64,000 nucleotides of DNA, from positions 2,186,991-2,250,990 of the forward strand of contig CAWIKF010000002.1 of NCBI GenBank assembly GCA_963836755.1, written 5' to 3'. The translations under genes and the position numbers were made by a program. The DNA comes from an uncultured Verrucomicrobiae bacterium (lineage in GTDB: Bacteria > Verrucomicrobiota > Verrucomicrobiia > Chthoniobacterales > Chthoniobacteraceae). The notes under the pieces are model-generated. The model had not been told where the DNA came from and did no database searches. It saw only the letters and a list, made by a program, of their open reading frames with translations. The first letter of the stretch is position 1. Each line of letters opens with the position of its first letter. Shown here piece by piece: positions 1 to 10,989 of the stretch.

Positions 1-272
1 ATGGCGAAGACGCGTTTGCAGTGATGCAGGCGCATGGCGAACAGCCGTTGCACCTCGTGATCACCGATGTCGTGATGCCGCACATGAGCGGCAAAGATCT
101 CGCATTCTGGATTCGCGCTTCGCAGCCGAACGCGAAAATTTTGTTCATTTCCGGTTATCCAAATCACGAGCTCGACGACATGAATGCGCTCGGAGGTCAT
201 GCCGAATTTTTGCGCAAGCCATTTGCTCCGAAAGAGCTTGCCCACAAGGTTCGCGAGATGCTCGAAGCTTAA
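1..272 (+). CDS. Receiver (REC) domain, C-terminal part of a response regulator or hybrid kinase (5' truncated by window)
   Basis: LVITDVVMP...ILFISGY...FLRKPF receiver motifs; frame is open to the window edge. Confidence 0.85.
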   Translation, partial: GEDAFAVMQAHGEQPLHLVITDVVMPHMSGKDLAFWIRASQPNAKILFISGYPNHELDDMNALGGHAEFLRKPFAPKELAHKVREMLEA

Positions 273-1432
273 ACCCGCAACGCTTCTGCGTAATAATTTT
301 CGAGATTGCGGATCTGCGCACGCATCTCAAATTTTTGCGCGACTGCGCTCGCTGCCTGGCGGCTCATCGCACGGTAACGCTCCGGAGAATCGGCCAGCTC
401 AATCATCGCGCGAGCAAGCGCTGCGTGGTCTCGCTCATCAACAAGCAGACCGCTGACGCCATTTTCAACGGCTTCGGGAATGCCGCCATGCGTCGTCGCG
501 AATGCAGGTAAACCCGTTGCCATTGCCTCGAGCATCGAGTTCGGCACGCCTTCCTGGTTCCCGTCCGGCCCGAGCTCGCTTGGATGCAAAAAAGCATGCG
601 CATCGTAAAAAAGATCCCGCAGTTGCTCCTGCGCAACGAAGCCAGTGAATCGCACTTTTTTCTCGACGCCGAGTTCCTGCGCCAGCGCCGCCAACTCTTC
701 TCGCATCGCTCCCTCGCCTGCGATGGTCAAAGTCGCCGCCGGAAATTTTTTCGCAAAACCAGCGAATGCGCGCAAACTCACGCGCAAACCTTTTTTTGGA
801 ATTAGACGACACGCTTGCAAAAAGTTCCACGCTCCGCCCGCCGCCGGCTCGCGCTGTCGAAAAGGAAATTGATCGAGCGGAATGCCGGTCCGATGCAACC
901 GTAGTTTTTCTCGCGCGCACCCGAGTTCGACGAGCTGCTCCGCCAGTGACTGTGAACGCGCGAGCACCATCGTCGCGTCGCGCAACATCCGTTGCATCGC
1001 CTCACGATAATTCGATTTTTCCATGTCGACCATCGCGTCGGCTCCGTGGAAAGAAACGATTGTTGGCAGCGCGCGCATTTGAATCAGCGGCAGCAAATGC
1101 ACCCCGATATGGCCGAAGTAGATATGTAAAAGTTTCGCATCCACCTCGCGCAGTTTTTCTCCGATTTGACGCGCCTGATTTTGCGAAATCTGCACTGGCG
1201 CCTTCTTGATTTTCTTTTGCCAAAAGCGCCGGAACTCCCGCGTGACGGGCCTCGGCAGCAAAATCAAATCGGAAACAGGGAACTCCGTGGCGTGCTCCCG
1301 CTTTTGCGCGAAGACGATTGGACGAAAGGTTTTGAGGCCGACGATCTGCCGGTAAATGTGCAGCATTTCCGGCTTCAAAAAAGTCGCGCAATACTGAACC
1401 GCGACCGGCCTCTCAAAAGAAAATGCTGACAC
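269..1432 (-). CDS. GT4 family glycosyltransferase (WcaL-like)
   Basis: 387 aa; SFHGAD, RLIPKKG, EGVPNSMLEAMATGLP motifs. Confidence 0.9.
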   Translation of the reverse strand: MSAFSFERPVAVQYCATFLKPEMLHIYRQIVGLKTFRPIVFAQKREHATEFPVSDLILLPRPVTREFRRFWQKKIKKAPVQISQNQARQIGEKLREVDAKLLHIYFGHIGVHLLPLIQMRALPTIVSFHGADAMVDMEKSNYREAMQRMLRDATMVLARSQSLAEQLVELGCAREKLRLHRTGIPLDQFPFRQREPAAGGAWNFLQACRLIPKKGLRVSLRAFAGFAKKFPAATLTIAGEGAMREELAALAQELGVEKKVRFTGFVAQEQLRDLFYDAHAFLHPSELGPDGNQEGVPNSMLEAMATGLPAFATTHGGIPEAVENGVSGLLVDERDHAALARAMIELADSPERYRAMSRQAASAVAQKFEMRAQIRNLENYYAEALRV

Positions 1433-1491
1433 AACCGGTCAGCATTTTCGAAGTCTGTGCGCGCTGCAAGCGCAACGATTTTGCTCGCCTC

Positions 1492-1803
1492 TCAAAAGGC
1501 AAAAGCGAAAAGGCGCAACGCGATCGGGTGCTCACGAGATTGATCGCGCGGGCGGAGAAACGGATCGCTCGGGCGATACTCGACGAACTCCGAGCCATTT
1601 CCGTATTCGCGCGGCGCGAGCGGATTAACGGCTTGCAAAACGTTTCCTGAGCGGGCGGCTCGTTGCAGTCCGCCCTCCGTCGTGGTGCGTGCAATCGCCG
1701 GCACTCTTGACCCCGGAACCACACGAACCGGCGCGCGGAAATCCTGCGCGTGGAGAGTCAGTGAAGCAGCGGAGATTGCGGCGAAGAAAAGAAGTTTTTT
1801 CAT
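1492..1803 (-). CDS. Small secreted hypothetical protein
   Basis: MKKLLFFAAISAASLTLHA signal peptide; ends with C-terminal Phe. Confidence 0.7.
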   Translation of the reverse strand: MKKLLFFAAISAASLTLHAQDFRAPVRVVPGSRVPAIARTTTEGGLQRAARSGNVLQAVNPLAPREYGNGSEFVEYRPSDPFLRPRDQSREHPIALRLFAFAF

Positions 1804-1903
1804 ATTTTGTCCTCTGCCATAAGTTCGGAATAGGCATCGAATCTGGCCGGATGCGAAGTCGAGGGTTGCCGCCCCGAGAACTTTTCCTATTGTGTCTGCG
1901 CCA

Positions 1904-2173
1904 ATGGAACGCGAACTCACTGTCCTCAACACACTCGGACTTCACGCGCGCCCCGCCGCGGAATTCGTGCGGTGCGCGCGAAAGTTCAAGAGTGAAATTT
2001 TCATCCATAAGAGTGGCGAGCAATACTCGGCCGCGAGCATTCTCGATGTCCTGAGCGCCAACCTCGATTGCGGTGCGAAGCTGGTTTTGCATGCAGAGGG
2101 AGCCGACGCTGCTCAAGCGCTCGACGAGTTATCTGAACTGCTGAAAATTTTTGTGACGCAGGAAAACGAGTAA
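1904..2173 (+). CDS. ptsH: HPr family phosphocarrier protein
   Basis: GLHARPAA active-site motif and ASILDVL regulatory Ser region. Confidence 0.9.
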   Translation: MERELTVLNTLGLHARPAAEFVRCARKFKSEIFIHKSGEQYSAASILDVLSANLDCGAKLVLHAEGADAAQALDELSELLKIFVTQENE

Positions 2174-2178
2174 TTGCA

Positions 2179-3186
2179 TTGCCGGTGGCCGATCTCGAAA
2201 TGCAAAATCTTTCCGTGGATTTTGTCGAAAAAGCCAAACGCGTCATCGAGATCGAGCTGAACGAAATCCAGCGGCTTCTCGCGCGCGTGGACGAATCTTT
2301 TTCCGCTGCGGTGCAGACGCTTTTGCGCGCGGTGGAAACGCAGCGAAAGATTGTCGTCATGGGAGTCGGCAAGTCGGGAAACATCGGCGAGAAAATCGCG
2401 GCAACCTTGACCAGCACAGGATCTCCGGCCGTCGTGCTCAATTCTCTCAACGCGCTGCACGGCGACCTCGGAGTGGTCGCGGACGGCGATGCGATCCTCG
2501 CATTGAGCCACAGCGGCGAGACCGAGGAGTTGATCAATGTGCTGCCGGCACTCGCGCGATTTGACGTAAAAATTGTGTCGCTGACGGGAAATCCCAAATC
2601 ATTTCTGGCGCAGAATTCCGACGTGCATCTCGACGTGAACGTCGAACAGGAAGCATGTCCGCTGAACCTCGCCCCGACCTCGAGCACGACAGCGATGCTC
2701 GTGCTCGGCGATGCGCTGGCGATGGTTCTGCTCGAGGCGCGCGGTTTTAACAAAGATGATTTTGCACGTTTTCATCCGGGGGGAAAACTCGGGCGCACGC
2801 TACTCTTCAAAGTTCACCAAATCATGCGTGGTGATGATCGGATGGCCACGGTTGCCCCTCAAACAACCGTGCGCGAAGTGCTGCACGCGATGGCCCGGAA
2901 ACGCACAGGTGCAGCAATTGTGACACAAACAAATGGCGCGCTGCTCGGGATTTTCACGCACGGCGATTTCGGCCGACATTTTCAAAATGAGCCGCAACTT
3001 TTGGAGCGGCCGGTGGGCGACTACCTGACGAAAAATCCGGTTACGATCGCAGCCGATAAACTTGCCGCGGAGGTGCTTCATATCCTCGAACATCATTCCA
3101 TCGATGACTTGATCGTCGTGGACGAAATGAATCGGCCCGTCGGGATCGTGGACACGCAGGATCTTGCGCGATTCAAGCTGCTGTAA
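2179..3186 (+). CDS. kdsD: KpsF/GutQ family arabinose-5-phosphate isomerase (SIS + CBS); start may be ATG 2200
   Basis: GVGKSG, ALHGDLG, EACPLNLAPTSSTT, FHPGGKLG motifs. Confidence 0.93.
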   Translation: MPVADLEMQNLSVDFVEKAKRVIEIELNEIQRLLARVDESFSAAVQTLLRAVETQRKIVVMGVGKSGNIGEKIAATLTSTGSPAVVLNSLNALHGDLGVVADGDAILALSHSGETEELINVLPALARFDVKIVSLTGNPKSFLAQNSDVHLDVNVEQEACPLNLAPTSSTTAMLVLGDALAMVLLEARGFNKDDFARFHPGGKLGRTLLFKVHQIMRGDDRMATVAPQTTVREVLHAMARKRTGAAIVTQTNGALLGIFTHGDFGRHFQNEPQLLERPVGDYLTKNPVTIAADKLAAEVLHILEHHSIDDLIVVDEMNRPVGIVDTQDLARFKLL

Positions 3187-3262
3187 GGCTTGCTTGCCAA
3201 TTGCCGCGGAAATCTACGCTCCGCAGCGCCGAACAAAGATAAAGCATCCTGTTAAACCGGCG

Positions 3263-3687
3263 CTAAGTTCTGGTGCCGTTAGAAGCAAGGATTTTACGCA
3301 GTGTCTCGCACCGTTTGCGGAGCGTCACGCGGTTCATTTTGGTGGCGCGCGCGAGCACGGTCGGCTTGTTGTCAAAACGGCTGAGCAAATGCCGCAGCGT
3401 GAGCGCTTCAAGTTCCTCGTGCATTTCCTTGTAAGAACGCCCGTCCTGCAATTTTTCGTCGAGCCACGCCTCAAGCGCGGGCGCAAGTTCGCTGACGCTG
3501 AGACCGATGCCCATACCGCCTTCTTTTTCAGAGAAAAAAATTTCGACGTAGCGCTCCATCGCCAGAGTTGAAAATCCTTGCCTGTGTCGCGAAAAACAAG
3601 ACGCAGAGCGGCTTCGCGCGAACCGACGATTGAAAGTTCGCCCCCTTCGGGCATCGCATGAATGGCATTGATGATGATGTTGCTCAC
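3263..3687 (-). pseudogene. Remnant: frameshifted histidine-kinase ATPase fragment fused to a Fis-type HTH tail
   Basis: NIIINAIHAMPEGG...RDTG in one frame; FFSEKEGGMGIGLSV then ...LARATKMNRVTLRKR in another frame. Confidence 0.65.
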
Positions 3688-4079
3688 GGGCTGCGTGATG
3701 CGGCGACGATCGACGCCGCATAAAGTTCCGGTTCGATGTGACGGCGATGCGGAGCGAAAAGCCGCAAAAAGGGCGCAAAATCATTGACGCGAAGGGACAA
3801 AACTTAATCAGCCCGCCGTGCGCGACGAGACCAAAGTTTGTCCACGAAAAATCGCCTCTTCACCGCAAAAAATGAATTGGTTTTCGCGGATACTTCCGTT
3901 CATAAGGTGAAAACGACCGGATATTTTCGATCCTAAACTCAGTTGGTGCAAATGATCCGTGAATCCCTCCATCGCCCGCAGATGCCGACCGTTACTTGAT
4001 CTACGAAAGGTTCGTCATTGCATGCATGACGAATGCTAATGCGAGGCAGATCAAAAGTTAACTCCGTTACAAACCCACC

Positions 4080-4958
4080 ATGTTAAAGACCTGCTCTCCA
4101 TTCTTTGTTTTAGCGGTTGCCACTCTCGCCGCTCTTCATGCGGAGAATTCAACTTCGATTCCTAGGGTCACGATCACCTCGACTGCGGGCTTAAGCGAAA
4201 ATCAACCGGTCGGTGAAACTGGGCGTCCCGACTGGACTTCCGCACGCCGCTTTACGACGACGCGCGTTTACATTCAGCAGTCGCCGGGTGAGATCGGTTT
4301 TGAGCAATGGCTGCGCTTCCGGGATTTCCGCGACGGCAGTTCGCAGGCGCGTTTCCAGGAGGAATTGGAATTCGGTCTGCCCTATCGCATGCAGCTCGAC
4401 ATCTATGAAAATTGGGTGGTCGATCAGGATCGTCACGCTGACCAGGATGAAACTTCGTTCGAGCTCCGTTTCGCATTGGCAGACTGGGGAAAAATCCCGC
4501 TCAATCCCACGCTTTACGCTGAATACGCAGTAGTGAATCAGGCGCCGGACACAGTCGAATTCAAGCTGCTGCTCGGCCAGGATTTCGGCCCGCGCATTCA
4601 TTACGGGCTGAATTTGGTTTACGAGCAGGAGACGTGGGGCGCGCGGTCGACGGAGTTTGCCGTCACGCAGGGAATCAGCTACACGCTCATCGATTCCGTC
4701 CTCAGCGCCGGCGTGGAAATGGAATACGAAATCGAAACCGAGCGCGGCTCGCGCAGCAATCCGGCGCAGCAATTCCTCATCGGCCCGAGCGTGCAGGTCC
4801 GGCCATCGCGCAACTCCCACCTCGACCTCGTCGGCTTGATCGGGGCGACGGGCAAATCACCGAACGTGGAAGGCTACATCATCTTCGGCGTTGATTTCGG
4901 CAAAGTCCTCGGCCAGAGCGAAAGCCATTATCAACCGGTCTCCGGCCGCGGGAATTAG
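4080..4958 (+). CDS. Secreted, probable outer-membrane beta-barrel protein
   Basis: Signal peptide; alternating aromatic/hydrophobic beta-strand pattern. Confidence 0.7.
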   Translation: MLKTCSPFFVLAVATLAALHAENSTSIPRVTITSTAGLSENQPVGETGRPDWTSARRFTTTRVYIQQSPGEIGFEQWLRFRDFRDGSSQARFQEELEFGLPYRMQLDIYENWVVDQDRHADQDETSFELRFALADWGKIPLNPTLYAEYAVVNQAPDTVEFKLLLGQDFGPRIHYGLNLVYEQETWGARSTEFAVTQGISYTLIDSVLSAGVEMEYEIETERGSRSNPAQQFLIGPSVQVRPSRNSHLDLVGLIGATGKSPNVEGYIIFGVDFGKVLGQSESHYQPVSGRGN

Positions 4959-5042
4959 CGGCGCTATCGGTTCGAAAAAAAACTTGGCTCATCGAGCCGC
5001 CAACTCTTGAAAACGACGGCGTCTCGTTTGTTGGAGAAAAGT

Positions 5043-5936
5043 TTAACTTTTGTCGCAACCGCTGTTGAGACGGCGGCAGGCGACAATGGTGTTTGCGATC
5101 AACATAGCAATCGTCATGGGCCCGACCCCGCCGGGAACGGGCGTGATCGCGCGGCAGCGCGGCGCGACGCTCCCAAAGTCGACATCGCCGACGAGGCAAT
5201 AACCGCGTTCGGCGGAGGGATCCTCTTTCCGATTGATGCCGACATCGATGACCACAGCGCCTTCACGCACATGTTCGGCTTTGACGAACTCTGCGCGACC
5301 AATGGCAGCGATCAAGATGTCGGCGCTGCGCGTGATTTCGGTGAGATTTTTCGTTCGCGAATGAGCGATGGTCACAGTCGCGTCGCCGCCGGCGCCTTTA
5401 TTCATGAGCAAAAGCGCGAGCGGCTTTCCGACGATCATGCTGCGCCCGAGGATCACCACATGCGCGCCGGCGATCTCGATGCCGCTTTCGACGAGCAGCC
5501 GCTGGCAGCCCAGTGGGGTGCACGGGACGAAGCCGCTCGAGTCGCTGAGGGCGAGCTTCGCGACGTTCACCGGATGAAAGCCATCCACGTCTTTGCGCGG
5601 ATCGATCGCAGCGATGACGGCGGCCTCGTCGATGTGCGGCGGCGGCGGCGATTGAACGAGAATGCCGTGGATCGAAGGATCGTCGTTCAGCGTTTGGACG
5701 AGCGCGATGAGCTCTTTCTGCGCAGTCTCTGCTGGCAACTCATGTTTGACGGAATGCAAGCCGAGTTCGCGACACATTTTGTCCTTCGCGCGAACGTAGG
5801 CGCGCGATGCAGGATCATCTCCCACGAGCACAACGGCGAGGCCGGGGATGAAACCGCGCGCTCGAAGGTCGGCGGCGCTGGCGCGCGACTCGGAGTGGAT
5901 CTTTTGAGCAATGGCTTTTCCGTCGATGAGATTCAT
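5043..5936 (-). CDS. folD: Bifunctional methylenetetrahydrofolate dehydrogenase/cyclohydrolase
   Basis: [33 protein letters not shown]. Confidence 0.96.
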   Translation of the reverse strand: MNLIDGKAIAQKIHSESRASAADLRARGFIPGLAVVLVGDDPASRAYVRAKDKMCRELGLHSVKHELPAETAQKELIALVQTLNDDPSIHGILVQSPPPPHIDEAAVIAAIDPRKDVDGFHPVNVAKLALSDSSGFVPCTPLGCQRLLVESGIEIAGAHVVILGRSMIVGKPLALLLMNKGAGGDATVTIAHSRTKNLTEITRSADILIAAIGRAEFVKAEHVREGAVVIDVGINRKEDPSAERGYCLVGDVDFGSVAPRCRAITPVPGGVGPMTIAMLIANTIVACRRLNSGCDKS

Positions 5937-6083
5937 GAATGCAGCCGCGAAACTTTGACGCGTTCCGACAAACGAACAAAAAGCCGGACTTTCCGCAAGC
6001 AGCGCGCACGGATTCATCGAATGCGCAGCGGTTTTTCCCGAAAAGTATTTTGCTTTCAGCAGCCGCGTTTTAAAGTGCGGCTT

Positions 6084-7736
6084 GTGAATTATCAGGTCTT
6101 CGCCCGCAAATATCGGCCGCAAACTTTCGACGAAGTGGTCGGGCAGGAGCACATCACGCAGACGCTAAAAAATGCGATCGAGCAGAATCGGCTCGCGCAC
6201 GCGTATTTGTTCGTCGGCCCGCGCGGCACGGGCAAAACCTCGACGGCGCGCATTCTCGCGAAGGCGCTCAATTGCGAGAAAGGGCCGACGATCACACCGT
6301 GCGGCGAGTGCGCGAGTTGCCGCGAGATCGCAGCCGGCACGAGCTTCAACGTGCTGGAGTTTGACGCCGCATCGAACACGCAGGTCGACAAGGTGCGGGA
6401 GCTGATCATCGACAATGTCAAATACCTGCCGACGTCCGGGAAATACAAAATCTACATCGTGGACGAGGTGCACATGCTCTCCACATCGTCGTTTAACGCT
6501 TTGTTGAAAACGCTCGAGGAACCGCCCGCGCATGTGATTTTCGTTTTCGCGACGACCGATGTGCAAAAAGTGCCGCTGACGATCCTGAGCCGATGCCAGC
6601 GCTTTGACCTTCGCCGCATACCGGCACCGCTCATCGCGAAGCATCTGCAATACATTGCGAAGAAAGAAAACATCGCGCTCGATGATGAAGCGGCGCAGAC
6701 GATCGCGCGCGGCGCGGAGGGTGGTTTGCGCGACGCGGAATCGATGCTCGACCAGCTCGTCGCATTTTGCGGCGACAAAGTTTCGGGCACTGATGTGCTG
6801 ACCGTTTTCGGTTTTACCGCGCAACAAACGGTGACGAAACTTTGCGGATGCATTCTCGCTGGAAGTTGCGCCGATGCGCTTGGCGTGGTTCATGAGCAGG
6901 CTGAGCAAGGGCGTGATCTCGGCCGCTTGATGAGCGATTTGATCGGACATCTTCGCGATCTGCTGGTGACGCAGGCGGACCCGGAATGCGTGAAGGCAGA
7001 CGTGCCGCCGGAGACGTTTGCGGTGCTCCAGGCGCAGTCAGGCAAAATCGCGATGGACCGCGTGCTGGAGCTGATCGAGCAGTTCGCGGCCGCGGAAGGG
7101 CGGATGCGCTGGGCGCCAAACAAAAAAATGCATTTTGAAATAGCGGTGATCAAAGCGGTGCAAACACTGAGTCAAACGACGTTAAACGAAGTAATTGAAA
7201 CTTTGACGGCATTGCGCGGGGGCGAAGCGCCGCAACCAAAGTTGGCGCGCGTGGAAAAAAAAACTCCTCAGGCCGCTGACAATTCCACCTCTTTCGCTGC
7301 TCCATCCCCGCCGCGAGTTTCGACTACAAAAGAAGAAGCGGCTTCCGTCGAGACAGTTTCCGATGAAGCTTTGTGGCCGGCGTTGCTCCTGGAAATCCGA
7401 AACAATCGGCCGCTCATCAAAAGCTTCATCGAGGCTGGAGCGATGGTTTCACTGACCGCGAGCGAAGCGATCATCGGTTTCCCGCCGGATCAAAAAATGG
7501 CCGTGGAATCGCTCAACCGCAGCAACAACCGAACTTTTCTAGAGGCGCTCCTCGCGCAACTGACAGGTCGTCAACTGGCGTTGCGCTGTGAAATTCGTGA
7601 AGGTCTGGTGGTCACGCCGGTGACTTTGCCTGAGCCTGTCGCGATCGCTCCTGCCGATCCGATGGAGGAGTTTAAAAACGATCCGCTCATTCGCAAGGCG
7701 CTGGAGATTTTCAAAGGCGAGATTCAGCCGGTGTAA
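6084..7736 (+). CDS. dnaX: DNA polymerase III subunit gamma/tau (GTG start)
   Basis: [33 protein letters not shown]. Confidence 0.96.
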   Translation: MNYQVFARKYRPQTFDEVVGQEHITQTLKNAIEQNRLAHAYLFVGPRGTGKTSTARILAKALNCEKGPTITPCGECASCREIAAGTSFNVLEFDAASNTQVDKVRELIIDNVKYLPTSGKYKIYIVDEVHMLSTSSFNALLKTLEEPPAHVIFVFATTDVQKVPLTILSRCQRFDLRRIPAPLIAKHLQYIAKKENIALDDEAAQTIARGAEGGLRDAESMLDQLVAFCGDKVSGTDVLTVFGFTAQQTVTKLCGCILAGSCADALGVVHEQAEQGRDLGRLMSDLIGHLRDLLVTQADPECVKADVPPETFAVLQAQSGKIAMDRVLELIEQFAAAEGRMRWAPNKKMHFEIAVIKAVQTLSQTTLNEVIETLTALRGGEAPQPKLARVEKKTPQAADNSTSFAAPSPPRVSTTKEEAASVETVSDEALWPALLLEIRNNRPLIKSFIEAGAMVSLTASEAIIGFPPDQKMAVESLNRSNNRTFLEALLAQLTGRQLALRCEIREGLVVTPVTLPEPVAIAPADPMEEFKNDPLIRKALEIFKGEIQPV

Positions 7737-7765
7737 ACTTTCCGTTAACTTTTCGCTAACAAACT

Positions 7766-8080
7766 ATGAACATTCAAAAAATGATGAAGCAGGCGCAGCA
7801 GATGCAGGAAAAGCTGGCGCAAACCCAGGCGGAGCTCGCCGAAAAAACTGTCGAAGTCACGGCCGGTGGCGGCAAAGTAACCGTGGTCGCAACCGGTGCG
7901 GGCGACGTTCTTTCAATCAAGATCAGCAAGGATGTGGTCGATCCGGACGACGTCGAGATGCTGGAGGATTTAATTTTGAGCGGGGTGACTCAGGCGATTG
8001 CGAAAGGGAAGGAGATGGCGCAGGCCGAGATGGGCAAGATGACTTCAGGCCTCGGATTGCCGCCGGGGCTGGGTTTCTAA
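7766..8080 (+). CDS. ybaB: YbaB/EbfC nucleoid-associated protein
   Basis: MMKQAQQMQ...GGGKVTV...DVEMLEDL; follows dnaX. Confidence 0.93.
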   Translation: MNIQKMMKQAQQMQEKLAQTQAELAEKTVEVTAGGGKVTVVATGAGDVLSIKISKDVVDPDDVEMLEDLILSGVTQAIAKGKEMAQAEMGKMTSGLGLPPGLGF

Positions 8081-8082
8081 AA

Positions 8083-8874
8083 TCAGGGCTTCTGCGAAAG
8101 CCAGAGCCAGTCGCCGTAGCAATCGTTGTAATTGCTGGAGCCGCTGGGGGGGAATTGCGTGCTGCTCGGCGATGGCTTGTTGTATTCCGCGAGCGTGATG
8201 TAGCGCGCGGAGCCGTCAACCATCACGTAAACCGAGCCTGCCTGGTCGCCGGAGCCATAGCCGTCGAGCTTGAGCACACTCTTGTTATCGCCATCAGCGA
8301 AGTCCATGTAGAAATGGTCTTTATTGATTTGATGCATGCCGAGCAGAATCGTTTGACTCGGAGATTGGAATTTATTGATCCGGACGGAAATTGCGCCGGT
8401 GGTTTTGTCTCCCAGGTCATTGTATCCGTTCATGGTCCAGCTGGTATGGTTGGGAGCGTTGGAGACCAAATAAGTTGCAAGCGCCGCTCCCGTCATCGTT
8501 TGGGGATGATTCGGATCGTTATTGCAGTAACCGGGCGCAAGGTAGATGCGGACGTCTTTGATGTAATCCGTGTTGGCATTATACGTCTGCACTCCGCTTG
8601 TCGGATCGGTTTGGTAACCGGCGAGGATTGCGGGCCATTTGTCTACATTCCCTTTCGTGCCGTCCTGCACTCGACCGGGAATGTTGTAGTCGTGGTCGCC
8701 GGCGTAAACGGTGAACGCGAGTCCGACCTGCCGCACGTTGCTCATGCCAGCGGTGCGGTCGCGCATTTTTCCGACGGAGCCCATCGCGGTAAAAAGCAGA
8801 CCGGCGAGGATCGCGATGATCGTGATCACGACCAGTAATTCAATGAGTGTAAACGCGCTTGTCCTGTTTTTCAT
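8083..8874 (-). CDS. Prepilin-type N-terminal cleavage/methylation domain protein
   Basis: AFTLIELLVVITIIAILAGLL; C-terminal VMVDGS. Confidence 0.88.
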   Translation of the reverse strand: MKNRTSAFTLIELLVVITIIAILAGLLFTAMGSVGKMRDRTAGMSNVRQVGLAFTVYAGDHDYNIPGRVQDGTKGNVDKWPAILAGYQTDPTSGVQTYNANTDYIKDVRIYLAPGYCNNDPNHPQTMTGAALATYLVSNAPNHTSWTMNGYNDLGDKTTGAISVRINKFQSPSQTILLGMHQINKDHFYMDFADGDNKSVLKLDGYGSGDQAGSVYVMVDGSARYITLAEYNKPSPSSTQFPPSGSSNYNDCYGDWLWLSQKP

Positions 8875-9135
8875 GGGGTTGGAAAAAAGTAACCCATCTC
8901 GAAGATTCTGCCAAACTTGAATTCGCTCCACGACCTGCACGCCTAAATTTTAACGCCAACGCATGCGAAATCGCTGCGCGAAATGTGGCAAACCACACGC
9001 GCTGCTCGATGACAGCGCGGCAATTTTCATTTGCCGGAGATGCGGGTCGCGACTAATAGTTTGCTCCCTCCAAGGCCGGATTTTTATGTCAAGTGATGCT
9101 ATAGACGCCATGAAAGGCGAAGTTTTCGCGCCCGC

Positions 9136-10989
9136 ATGAGCGAATCGAAAGGCCTTGCGCTCGCATGGCAGCAGAACGTGGTTTTTCGGTTCTTCGCGTC
9201 GCTGCGCCTCGCGATGCTTTTGCTAGGCGTCCTTATCGTGGCGACGGTCGCAGGCACGATCTACGAGTCGAGTTTTGATGCGAAAGTCGCCCGCGCCTAT
9301 GTGTATGGCGCATCTTGGTTTAACATCTGGCTGCTGTTGCTCGCGCTGAATCTGACTGCGTCGGCATTGTCGCGAATGCCATGGAAAAGGCACCACACCG
9401 GGTTTCTCATCACGCACTTAGGGATCATCATTCTGCTGATCGGCTCCTTCATTGGTCACATCTTCGGAGTCGAGGGCTCAATGACTCTTTTTAAAGGCGA
9501 ACCGCCGCGGAACTTGCTTACAATGGATGAGCGCGTCCTGCAGATCGCTGAGAACGAAACTTCTGCACAGGTGGTGCCACTGGAATTTCTCAACCGCAAG
9601 CCTACTGCTGAACATCCGCGTCAGCTTGTGACAACTCCGTCAGGCTGGAGCTACCAAGCGATCGGTTATTCCTCTTCGCTGGAAGTCAAGACTGAGGCGC
9701 AGCCAGCCGCAAAAGATGGAGTGCCAGCAGTGCACATCATTCTCTCAACAGCGATGATGGGGCAGAAACTCGACTCATGGTTGATCGATGATGATGTCCA
9801 CGGGACTTTTGACCTAGGTCTCGCGTCCCTTTCCTTGAAAAAAGGAACGGCGCCAGCCTCCTCGCTCCCAAAGACCGATGCGGTGGACATCGAAGAAAGT
9901 ATCTTCGCCTTTGCAAATTCGCCAGCTGATCAGGTAGCCAAATCGCTGCAAGGCGGTAGCACCGGAGCAAAGGTCAAATTGATCGATGTAGCAAAGGGCA
10001 ATTCTGGCAAAGTAGTGGTCCAGATCGGCACCGAGACGCAAAGCTTCGAGATAAGTCAATCGATGGGCAAGACCGCAAAGGTCGGCAGCTCGCCCTATAG
10101 CTTGACGATCGATCAATACTGGCCTGACTTTAGGATCAAGGACGGAAAGCCACTAACCCTCAGTGACCAACCGAACAACCCATGCATCCTTGTAACTCTA
10201 CGAGGCCATGCGGTTCCTACACAACCCGTGGAAGATGAACATGCCACCGCAAAAAACTTTGTCGACATCTACCGCGATGATTCGGGTAAGTTGAGCTTCA
10301 CCTTGTCGTCGCGCAAAGGCGGGGTGAGTCATGGAAGCTTGGAAGCAGGCAAGCCATTGGTGACAGGTTGGGCGGACTGGCAATTAGTCGTCGATCAAAA
10401 CATCCCAAGCGCCATCTCCCACTTTGTCGCTCATCCCGCACCGAACGGAAAAGCAGAGGGGGTTCTAGTTCGGGCGAGTCACGCCGCAACCAGCGTGGAG
10501 CAATGGGTTCCCTTTGGCTGGCAGATCGCGATGCCGACTTCTCCCACTCCGATGGAAGTAGGTTATGGACTAAAGCAAAAGCCGTTGCCGATAAGTCTCC
10601 AACTGATGGATTTCCAGGTGGAGCGCAATGAAGGCAGTGACTCACCCGCCGGCTTCAAGAGCACTCTCGAGATTACCAGCCAGGACGGCACCGTCGAGCA
10701 TGGCCAGTGCTGGATGAACAATCCCATCAGCTTCCCCTCCTCATTGTTCAATACATTCACCGGATTGACCTATAAAATTTCGCAAGCTTCGTGGAACCCG
10801 GAGAACCTCTCCCAAAGCAGCGTGCAAATCTTACGAGACCCGGGCTGGGGCTTAAAATGGATCGGGTCGCTGCTCATCGTCGCAGGCATTTTCAATCTCT
10901 TTTATCTGCGGCCATATCCGAACGATATCAATCCGGCCGCACAAACTCGCGAGAGGGTTTCTTCCAAGCACGAGACTGTAGAAGTATGA
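9136..10989 (+). CDS. Cytochrome c biogenesis system II ResB/Ccs1-like protein
   Basis: FFASLRLA + three TM helices with conserved His (ITHLG), large periplasmic part, C-terminal RDPG + TM. Confidence 0.82.
   Translation: MSESKGLALAWQQNVVFRFFASLRLAMLLLGVLIVATVAGTIYESSFDAKVARAYVYGASWFNIWLLLLALNLTASALSRMPWKRHHTGFLITHLGIIILLIGSFIGHIFGVEGSMTLFKGEPPRNLLTMDERVLQIAENETSAQVVPLEFLNRKPTAEHPRQLVTTPSGWSYQAIGYSSSLEVKTEAQPAAKDGVPAVHIILSTAMMGQKLDSWLIDDDVHGTFDLGLASLSLKKGTAPASSLPKTDAVDIEESIFAFANSPADQVAKSLQGGSTGAKVKLIDVAKGNSGKVVVQIGTETQSFEISQSMGKTAKVGSSPYSLTIDQYWPDFRIKDGKPLTLSDQPNNPCILVTLRGHAVPTQPVEDEHATAKNFVDIYRDDSGKLSFTLSSRKGGVSHGSLEAGKPLVTGWADWQLVVDQNIPSAISHFVAHPAPNGKAEGVLVRASHAATSVEQWVPFGWQIAMPTSPTPMEVGYGLKQKPLPISLQLMDFQVERNEGSDSPAGFKSTLEITSQDGTVEHGQCWMNNPISFPSSLFNTFTGLTYKISQASWNPENLSQSSVQILRDPGWGLKWIGSLLIVAGIFNLFYLRPYPNDINPAAQTRERVSSKHETVEV

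Noticed and set aside
5007..6083. 909-aa ORF suggesting an N-terminally extended DnaX
   Set aside because: The extension is the antisense of folD; DnaX homology begins at GTG 6084
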